From the NCBI GenBank assembly GCA_051362555.1, contig CM120640.1:65450788-65514787 (forward strand): 64,000 bases of DNA, in the 5' to 3' direction. Within the stretch, counting starts at the first letter, position 1. Each line of letters starts with the position of its first letter. Under the pieces are notes generated by a model that was given only the letters and a program-made list of their open reading frames with translations, was not told where the DNA came from and did not search any database. The position numbers and the translations under genes were made by a program. Origin of the DNA: Lingula anatina. Lineage: Eukaryota > Animalia > Brachiopoda. This document shows, piece by piece, positions 53,927 through 64,000 of this stretch.

Positions 53927-56900
53927 CTCACATGTGCACATTCACATGATGCCTGAATAAATAACAATAATCTACATTTTATCAACAAAGACTAGAATTC
54001 CATTTACTCGACTGTCACCTCTCAAAATAAGCAAGCCAAAAAAATATCAAGTCAGGAAGGGGACAATTTTGCCATAAACAGTAGCTCATTTACCTCTAGA
54101 AATGGAATAAGTGCTGATCCCTCCAGTATATTATACATATCCTCCACTGGGTCCACAGACTGGTTGTGGTGGTCCACAGGCTGCTGGCGGGAATGCTTCC
54201 TGACCCGAGGCTTCAGTTGGGGTGCATGTTGTGCATACAGTACTTTCAACTCGTGGTGGATTTTGTGCAGGACTGACTCGATCTGAACACAGCAACAGGT
54301 TTTTAAATTAGATTAGGTCATAAAAGATAAAACACTGTAGTATGTTACGTGCCTTTCTAAAAACAGATGTTTATATGTTCACCCTCAGATTAAGGACGGA
54401 AGATTCATTCCATCATTGAAAATCAAACAAATTTTCTTGTGGTTAAAGTGAATCTGTACATCATCACTGGGTTTCATAGCACACTGGAGACATTCTTACC
54501 ATTTCTCATGAAAAATATAATGTAAGTTATGCCAAACCTGTTTGTCTTTTTCTGCCCTTGCTGCCAAATATGCCTTTATATCCCAGTCTGAAACAAAGTT
54601 GAATATATACAGGTGAATACAATTACCAGAAGTAATACTACATTAATTTACAATTGAAATAAATTGCCTGATAAAGACAATTTGGGGTATGTTTCAACTT
54701 TTCACCACAAATGTAGTCTGGTGTGGATTCACCTTATTCTGATTTACACCGTGTACCTCATTAGGCATTGAACTTATTTCTAACCGGATATGTCATCACC
54801 ACATTTCAATACTAATGTACACACCCATTTAAACTGCTGAATAAAACAATTGTCATGATATAAGTGGTTGGAGAAGTAACACAATTCATCATCAGTTCTA
54901 AACTATTTACTACTACCTGGTCGTCTGCTGTGGCCATAACCAACACCTTTGGCCCAGAACTCTTCTGTTTTCTTCACTTTCTGGTCCTAATTATAGAGTG
55001 TAATGCAGTCAGCATTCCTTCAATACATAAGCTGTTAAGTAGTCTAGATCATCTCTTTTTCGTATTTAGTAGCAAATGATTTTTCCATGAGGAATTACAT
55101 TAATAAAGAATATAATCTATAAAACTGAATAATTAGCAATATGGTTAAACTAAGTGTCACAATGTTATCCTTACCTGAAGGCACCTTGTAGGTGTAACAT
55201 AACTAAAGAAATTCTACTAAGACTTTTTCTAACCTTCATGACAATGGCTGGAGCTGCCTTCATCTCCATTACTTTGTCTTCATCCAGCAGATACTTGAAG
55301 TTAGCTCTGGGGTTGACCTCACTTACCTACTCAGTACGACAGAATGTTTACATCAACACTTATCTACTGCATTTCAAATTCCCACAAAAGCAAGAGCTAA
55401 TATACCTTTTACTTACACATAAAAGTAAGAAATAAGTAGTGTGAATTCCTTCAGTTGCAATAATTGTAAAAAAAATTCATCAACAATGTCAAAAAGAAGA
55501 AATACATGTATACTCAGTCTGGTTTCATGTACCTCTTGAAAAGGTATCAAAAATCTCTCTCAGAAAAACTGTTTTTTCAAAGAATGAAAAAAAAAACATT
55601 AAGTGCCCATTATCATTTAATATTCCAAATAACTTACCAGGGCCAGCCTGAGTAAATGATGCTCTATATCTACATAGGCTCCAGATGGGTACCTCTTGGG
55701 ATCATTCCTCTCACTGTTTACTTCCAGCCTAAAATACAACATCAAACTATCACAGTAAACTTATCTTGTAGATCAGCTCAAAAATACTTAATTTTGTCTA
55801 TTCCAATGTCAAGTGAGCTTTAAATTAGTTCTTTTTGCTTTCTGCTCACAATGAAACAAGCATGAGTCCAGAAACACACAAATACTATACTGACCGTGCC
55901 CACTGTTGTAAGAAATCCTTGATATCAGTTAGAACACTTTTCATATCTTTGGTAGGATTCCAGTAGGAAAGCTTCAACATCTCCATGTTAGTTACCCTCT
56001 GCATCATGGAACCCTACAGCATGTGACATAAAATTTTGTAACCACTAGTTATATATCCACTGGCATATCAATATCATCAATAATTATAATCATTAATGAA
56101 CTTTTTTGTATGAGGCAAGGGATCATAATATATACAACAATACCGATATTTAGTTTACCAGTACAGCACTCCTTTACAACATTGTACTTGTTAAGGGACA
56201 GCCACTCCCTGACATGTCACCCACAATAACAACTTCCTTACCTTCACTTTCACCAGGGTTAAATAGAATGGATACCCCCAACAATAACTTCCTTACCTGC
56301 AACCTGGGGCGTATCACCTTCACCAAGGGTGGGTAGAATGGATATAGGTCTATGGCAAAGTCCTAAAAGGAATATAAAAATATAACATGTCAAAGAGTTT
56401 GTCTGATGATACGTGCATGCGAAAAAAAGATTAACTAATGTCATGAATTCACTATACTTTAATTATTAAATGTTTTTTTTTTTATTACAGTAACTATACA
56501 ATATTAGTTTATAAAGAACATCTTACCATCTGCAGTTCTATGTAGTTGTAACCATCCCTGGCACAAATCTCTGCAAGTTCTCTGGCAAGATCACTATAAT
56601 AAAATTAATAAACCATCTTCATGTCAGTGCAAAACTTTCATTAGAATGTTTAGAAAATATATGTCAATTTGATAATATGAAAACCTTGTAAAACACAAAT
56701 ACCTCCCATGTCCCAAAAACGTACATCAAAGCGCCTTTTCTACCAAAAGATTAATTCCAAAACAAAATTATAATTGATTATAAACATGCCCCGGTGAAAA
56801 GTTCTTACCTGTCTTCCTGAAATGTGTACAACTTAACACACCACTGGTAGATATTGTCATCAATAGGGTCAGCTGAAAAGCCAAGATTCTGTTCCTCCTC

Positions 56901-59900
56901 CAGGATCTTGACCAGGTCATTGGTCAGTATTCCTGAGGCTGCACTGCTAGTGAAGATCTGTTTGGCTTGCTGTTTCTCCTGTCCTGAAGCTGGGGAATAC
57001 AAGGGTCATGAATAACAAGACTGTATGGTTTTGAAATCAGGATGCATAGTAGGACTTAAAGCAGTTGTATTAAACACAATTAATTATATTTAGAGTGAAC
57101 CAAAACTGTATAATTTATATAATATAAAATCTGAAGTGTTACAGTAAACAAAAATTATCAATTTATAGTGAACACAAAGAACATTACATTTATATAATGT
57201 AGAAAAAATGGAACCTATACCTACATCACTGATAGTACACTATAGTGACACCGTGATAATACTTAAGTATACTCAACTTATATCATAAATGTTAAGGATT
57301 TGTAGTATAACAAATATAAATCATTTTCAGGATAACAAAGGCTCTTCAATATAACAGTGTACCAATTGATTCTCAGTACTGCAGTGTTAAAAGTTCTAAT
57401 AGTTCTGACTATCCTCACACTACGCTGATGCCCATTCGGTTCAGCTTATTAGCAGTGACTTCCTTACCCTGAAGTGCCCCAAGTTCTGTCATTCCAGGTC
57501 CTAACTTAGCTTTTTTCATTTCAGCTCTAACTTCTGCTTCCTTCTGAGCCCATCTTTTCTGTTAACAAAGAGGGAGCATGTTAGTTACTACATGCAGGAA
57601 TACAAAGACTTATATGCCGAATTAAACTAAAATTGTTACCAATCAATTCAATTGGCAAAAAGAATCTAATTTTTGTTTCTTTAATTGTGTCTCCAAGAAT
57701 ACAGTGCAAACCCATTTTAGCAACTAACAAAAAGTACATGTACTAGTATCTGTGAGCCCATAGTTATCTGAACACCAACTTGTATTTCTACTTAATTACA
57801 CCTTTACTTTTTGTAAAAAGTTCACACTACACATTTGTTCTAATTGCTTTAGAACATATCTTCAAAGAAATGTCAGTGCTGACTAGTGCGGTTGAAAGTC
57901 ACCTTTATCCTGGCCACTTTGAGTTCCCACTCCGTGGTAAAAGCACTGTCATCCTCATCAGAATACATGGCTTCCTGAACATCAAAGCAGCAAAATAACA
58001 AACAATTCATCAATATTGATTTAAAAGCTGTAACACGCTCAGCATCACAGGCTCTTCAGATGTGTTATCCACAGCATCTAATATTGATTTCAATGTTGTT
58101 AAGGTAACTATAATAGTTCAAAGATATTACTTTTCCATCAACATTTATTACTTTACAGAAAACTATGATTACCAGTGAAAGCAACCTTCAGACACGTACA
58201 TACATAAAACTGAAACTGTTGTGGATTTAAATTGCAGACAATTCAAAGGATTCAACCAGGCTTTATCCATGTAATGAAAAAGGGCAAAAAGAGAGGAACT
58301 TGTACATATACGTATGCACTCAAAGTAGAAAAAACTGACTGAGCTAAAAGCTCTTTTAAGATTAAAATGTTTTAAAAATGCTGTATATTGCATTCTATAC
58401 CTCATTTTCATCATCCTCATCTTCTCCCATGCTTATTTCATCCTGAAATATGTTTTTGGTCACTTAATGTGAAAATTCAAGTACCATTTATATGTCATTC
58501 TATTGTAAATGTCATTACTAAATAATTATTCCTTAATATCCACATACATATATTACCACTTGTTACTAATTAATTTCTGAATAAAAAAGTTTAAGTAAAA
58601 ACTTCAACACAGAATGGTGTAGTTGAAAGTCACCTCTGATGCTGCCTCCACAACTTTTCTTCTTTTTGATTCACTGCCATACAATGCTTCAGCCCTGAAT
58701 GTGATGTACATGTATTATTAGTTATAATGTGAATCCTCTGTGTCGAAAGTTTACACTGTAAATGTGCAGAAAATCATAATGATGAACATCACTTTTTTAA
58801 TAATCGGTAATATTCATTGCATGTTTATCTTAAAATATCATGTCAGAAATATAAATTAATTTTGTTGTATGCCTGACCAAATATGCCACAAAGTACTCTG
58901 AAAACTTACTTTGTGAGCACCTGCTTCAGAGACAGTTGTGATGGAGTGTCCAATAAATACTGAAAAAAAGAAAAAAAAAAAAAAAACAAATGCAAAAATA
59001 AATTACCAGTCACAGCATGTTTTGACAAGACATCTAGAATTTTTGTCCTTTTCAAAGATATATATTCACATTCTGTAAAGCATATCAAAGTGCAAAAAAA
59101 AATTAAAGCCTGGTCACAGGTCTTTATAGGAAAATACTTAATAAATACATGCATATACTTCAGGATGACAATACTTCACTACTGTTTGGGCATTACTTAA
59201 AGATGCATACAAAGTCAATTTTTTGTCACAAAAACCAACCAAATGCCAGCACATAGTTTCAAGTAGTATAACTAAGAGAATTACCAAAAGGCATTTGTTT
59301 AATTTTACTCGAAAATGATGTTTGAACGGATTTTTCTGCTGGCATTCTAAGCTGTATGTCAGTGGGGCAGGAAAGTAGGTCACGAAAGTAGGTTAAATTT
59401 ACAACCAAAAATTTAAAGAAAGTAGCAGTCTAAAGGTCTTCTATGGCTGATCGAGTGATCTATTCAGTTTATCCCTTGGCATGTCGAATTTATTTGAGTC
59501 ATATAAGAATCTAATAGAAGTGGTTTACATGTGTTACTGGGAATCCATGCTCCACCGATGCTCAGTTTGCATGTACCTTTAATCAGAAAAGTTGAAGAGA
59601 CTTGGAACCCTCATCAAGAAACATCTCTATGTTTTAAACAAGGCAGCAAAGCTGTCAAATGTACAGACAAAAAGCAGGAAATAACTATGCACAAAATAGG
59701 CTACTGCCAATTCTGATGCAAAAGTACATAATGTTAAACTGCAAATTCAACATCAAATTTTAACAAGACAGCACTGTTCTGAAATGGGTTTATTTCCATT
59801 TTTAACACTTTTTTAACATAAAACAAAATGAACAGTTTACTGCCATTTTTATATGATCAACTAAGAAAATTAATGATATTGGAAAAATATCAATAGAACA

Positions 59901-62900
59901 GTGTTAAATGTCCAATTTCCTCTATTCTGAGATTCTGAACATAGTGGATTGAATCTGACAAACTGCAATGATATGAGTTTATTTCCATTTTTGACACTTT
60001 ATTACACAATACACGATAAAAAGTTTACCATCATTTTTACATAATCAACTAACAATGTTGTAAAGATGCAGGAAATGTCAAACAAACACTTTTACGTATC
60101 TTATTAGTTTAATAATGAGACTGTTAACATGCCTAAGAATTGAATCTGAGGAAATGTGAAAAAACAGCACACCTTCTAAAATAATGGCACGATTATGCTG
60201 ATTTATGAACTTAACCTGCATTTTAGTAAAATTGACCCCTCCTGTGACTTTCATGACAATTGGCCCATCTGTTTTTCTTATATTGTGTTTACAGTGTTGC
60301 ATATATGCTGAAAAATGAAAAAACAGCATAACTACTAAAATAGTGGCCCGATCATGCCGATTTTCAAACTTGATCTGCGTTTTAGTAAGATCGATTACTC
60401 CTGTGAGTTTCATGACAACAGGCCTATCGGTTTTCCTTGAAATGTGTTTACAGTGTTGCATATATGCTGAAAAGTGAAAAAACAGCATAACTTCTACAAT
60501 AATGGCTCGATCATGCTGATTTTCGAATTTGACCTGCATTTTATGAATATTCATCAGCTCTGTAAATATACAGCCAAAAAGTAAAATTGACTTCCACTTA
60601 TCGTGTTTACAATGAAAGTGCACGGCACCAGTGACAGTGACGGCGACGATAGATGCAGGTGATGGCAATATGTACAGACACATCTGTACATATTTACTGT
60701 ACTGTTTGAGAACAGTAAGTGACATGGTTTTTCTTAAATGCTCATCATGGGAGCAGTGTCCAAAATAGATTTTTTTCAAATTTTGATGCAATATTACATA
60801 ATGCTTAACAGCATAATGACCATCAATTTTTAATAATAAAATATTAGCATCATGGATATTCAGAAAATGTGACTAGCAAAGGTCTTCAGGCCCATGGAAC
60901 TTCAAAGTCACAACTTGAAAATGCCAAAATGTAAACAAGACAGCACTGTTCTGAAATGTTTTTTTTTTCATTTTTAACAATTTTTTAAACATAAAACAAA
61001 ATTAACAGGTTACTGCCATTTTTATACGATCAACTAAGAAAATTGATGAGATGGGAAAAATATCAATACAACAGTGTTAAATGTCCAATTTCCTCCATTC
61101 TGAGATTCTGAACATAGTGAATGATTGAATCTGACAAACTGCAATGATATGAGTTTGTTTCCATTTTTGAAACTTTATTACACAATACACGATAACAAGT
61201 TTACCATCAGTTTTACATAATCAACTAATAATGTTGTAAAGATGCAGAAAATGTCAACCAAACACTTTTACATGTCTTATTAGTTAAACAATGAGACTGT
61301 TAACATGCCTAAGAATTGAATCTGAGGAAATGTGAAACAAGACAGCACTGTTCTGACATGGGTTTATTTCCATTTTTAACACTTTTTTAACATAAAACAA
61401 AATGAACAGTTTACTGCAATTTTTATATGATCAACTAAGATAATTGATGAGATGGGAAAAATATCAATAGAATAGTGTTAAATGTCCAATTTCCTCCATT
61501 CTGAGATTCTGAACATAGTGAATGATTGAATCTGACAAACTGCAATGATATGAGTTTATTTCCATTTTAGACACTTTATTACACAATACACGATAACAAG
61601 TTTACCATCATTTTTACATAATCAACTAACAATGTTGTAAAGATGCAGGAAATGTCAAACAAACACTTTTATGTATCTTATTAGTAAAATAATAAGACTG
61701 TTAACATGCCTAAGAATTGAATCTGAGGAAATGTGAAAAAACAGCATAACTTCTAAAATAATGGCCCGATTATGCTGATTTTCGAACTCGACCTGCATTT
61801 TAGTAAGATTGACCACTCCTGTGAGTTTAATGGCAATTGGCCTATCGGTTTTTCTTATATTGTGTTTACAGTGTTGCACATATGCTGAAAAAAAGGAAAA
61901 AACAGCATAACTAGTAAAATAGTGGCCCGATCATGCCAATTTTCGAACTTGATCTGCGTTTTAGTAAGATTGATTACTCTTGTGAGTTTCATGACAACAG
62001 GCCTAACGGTTTTCCTTAAAATGTGTTTACAGGGTTGCATATATGCTGAAAAGTGATAAAACAGCATAACTTCTACAATAATGGCCCGATCATGCTGATT
62101 TTCGAACTTGACCTGCGTTTTATGAATATTCATCAGCTCTGTAAATATAAAAGCAAAAAATTAAACTGTGTTCCACTTATCGTGTTTACAGTGAAAGTGC
62201 ACGGCGACGGCATTGCCATCGGCATCGGCATCGGCATCGGCGACGACGGCGACGACAGACGCAGGTGATGGCAATATGTACAGACACATCTGTGTCTGTA
62301 CATAAAAAATCCAGTATAATTTTATATATTCAGACACATATATGAGATATATTATGAAGTGTTTCTACAACATGTTTGTTCCCTTTAATTTCTACACATG
62401 CCAAAAAAAATTTATATTTATAACAAGAAATTCTTACCTCATTTAAAGCATTGGCCCAGATTTTAACAGATGGTCCAGCCTCCACGAAGAAATGATCAAC
62501 ATGGTCTGGATACTCTGCAATGATTTACAGTATCATTATCTATATAACAGCTTAAGTCTGTAGGAACACAGGATTTGTACTTAGTATCTCAGAATAAGAT
62601 GTTAAGCATGGTTTAGCAAAAGGTAAAAAATGCTGTCAAGAGAGAAATAAAGATTAACTTTTCTTTTTTCCAAGTGGAAATGTGGTAAATTGCTTCAAAA
62701 CTCATCAAAAATATTGTCAGGTATTATTCAGCATCTCTTTGCAACTAGGCATTCATAAGGTATACTGACACATAATTCTTATGTAATCTCTATATTTCTA
62801 TGGTTGATCCCAAATCAAGAAAATAAATTTGCTGAGTTCTATCAAATTAAAGGTAAAGTGTCAAAGGAGAGGATGTATCTCCAACAATTACCAAGGTGAC

Positions 62901-63428
62901 ACCTAATTACATGCAATACAAGGAAATATGTGCCAAGTTCTACTGTAATTGCTTTGCAATATAACAATATTGAGAGCAGAAAATTTGACCATATCCCAGA
63001 AACGTATCTGATGCTCACACTGGTCTAGTTGATTTTATCAGTGGAAAAAAGATTCCATCAACCATGAATTAGTTGTTTATTTCTTTTAAATGACACAAAG
63101 TAGCATGAAAAAAGTGTCCCAAAGTTGGCAGATTAGTTCTTGTATGTCTTGAGGAACATAACTGATACCTTGATCATGAACGCTTTCATGTGATCTCCTT
63201 TTATGTGAACTCTCTCTGTGCGTGCATGCGTGTGTGCATGCATGCGTGCATGTGTGTGCGCGTGCATGCATATATACCATTACATGCATGCAAGTACCCC
63301 AGCTCTATCCTGACACTACCATTCTGCTCATACAAAAAGTCCTACCTTGTGGACATGTGAGTCTAAATTCATGTTCTCCATCCAGGAGGAAGCACAGCAC
63401 CACAGTCCCCTCCTCATTGCACTGGATC
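49098..63428 (-). CDS. Uncharacterised ubiquitin-conjugating enzyme: RWD-like N-terminus, UBE2Q-like Cys-less UBC fold, BIRC6-like active UBC. More than 25 small exons; the 5' end lies beyond the window; last exon 49256-49098
   Basis: C-terminal [15 protein letters not shown]...[26 protein letters not shown]...[27 protein letters not shown]...[24 protein letters not shown] and upstream FWAKGVGYG are BIRC6-type. Middle exons [11 protein letters not shown]...[27 protein letters not shown] are UBE2Q-type. Confidence 0.85.
52150..52440 (+). repeat. ~35-bp degenerate minisatellite plus (GA)n, filling an intron
   Basis: actgatatcatttaccacattcaacta repeated ~6 times, then a GA tract at 52401-52440. 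Confidence 0.85.
53833..53923. repeat. (TG)n microsatellite
   Basis: Pure TG tract. Confidence 0.98.
59715..62308 (-). mobile_element. Composite HINE/Helentron-like non-autonomous element in two head-to-tail copies (~59715-60690 and ~60780-62308) inside an intron
   Basis: On the minus strand it begins TTTTT, then a hairpin (tgtacagacaca-ga-tgtgtctgtaca), a (gccgat)n/(cgt)n microsatellite, three ~160-bp subrepeats and ~400-bp modules. This is the layout of Helentron-associated interspersed elements. Confidence 0.65.
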
Positions 63429-63654
63429 TGAAGAAACACAGCCCACAAATTATCAATAATAATAATAACTAGAGGATCAGAGAGGCGATACCGCCTCCGA
63501 ATATTGTACCACCAGCTGGAGCAAGCGCATTCGTATAGACCCCCACATACACAAAATAAGGGGTGCAGCCACCAGTCTTGTGCTTGACAAGCTGTAAAAA
63601 TGCAATCAACAAGAATTTTCAAAATATGCAAAAAATATATATAACTAAAAATGG

Positions 63655-64000
63655 TGCAATCAAAGTTAAGTTCATTGTAAGGTAGGTCAAAGGTCAATTT
63701 CAAGGTCACAGTAAATTGCCAGTATATGACTTCCTATCCAACTTCAATAGTAACTATGGACCTATCTCTGCCAGTTTTGGAGATAAAAGGGAAGCAAAAT
63801 TTGCAAAGTTCAGTTCATGGTGAAAAGTAGGTCAAAGGTCAATTTCAAGGTCACAGTAAGATTGCCAGTATATGACTTCCTATTCAACTTCAATAGTAAC
63901 TATGGACCTATCTCTGCCAGTTTTGGAGATAAAAGGGAAGCAAAATTTGCAAAGTTCAGTTCATGGTGAAAAGTAGGTCAAAGGTCAATTTCAAGGTCAC
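63655..64000 (+). repeat. ~146-bp tandem repeat (aggtcaaaggtcaatttcaaggtcac...), probably internal to an interspersed element starting near 63468
   Basis: Unit starts at 63684, 63829 and 63975; the last units are nearly identical; continues beyond the edge. Confidence 0.9.

Noticed and set aside
49098-55000. Calling the E2 gene BIRC6 itself
   Set aside because: Only the C-terminal region is BIRC6-like; upstream exons are UBE2Q/RWD-like and the visible protein is far too short, so no symbol was assigned.
60078-60791. 237-aa ORF and related ORFs at 61655-62268
   Set aside because: They are translations of the ~160-bp subrepeats; the frame is broken in the sister copy and no domain is recognisable.

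Overview
AT-rich, intron-rich animal genomic DNA; the gene and repeat content suggests a marine invertebrate such as a mollusc (inference). Most ORF-track entries are exon fragments or noise. Left to right: (1) the 5' part of a tyrosine-recombinase (DIRS/Ngaro-type) retrotransposon on the minus strand, with gag and the start of RT; (2) two tandem copies of the 3' part of an uncharacterised multi-C2-like-domain gene (CCDC17-related), the first copy carrying the retrotransposon in an intron; (3) an OSBPL10/11-type lipid-transfer gene (minus) head-to-head with CCDC24 (plus); (4) ORC1 (minus) head-to-head with PRPF38A (plus); (5) a long minus-strand gene encoding an RWD-like segment, a Cys-less UBE2Q-like domain and a BIRC6-type active E2, running off the right edge. 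Several MITEs, a HINE/Helentron-like composite repeat and many intronic minisatellites are also present. Top leads: a pseudo-E2 and an active E2 in one polypeptide; a rabphilin/Slp-like Rab-binding helix on the ORP11-like protein; intronic repeats repeatedly seeded from exon-intron junctions; an in-frame gag-TGA-CAG-ATG-pol junction; and CTCF-like motifs at matching positions in both bidirectional promoters. Exon coordinates were read by eye and some may be off by a few nt.
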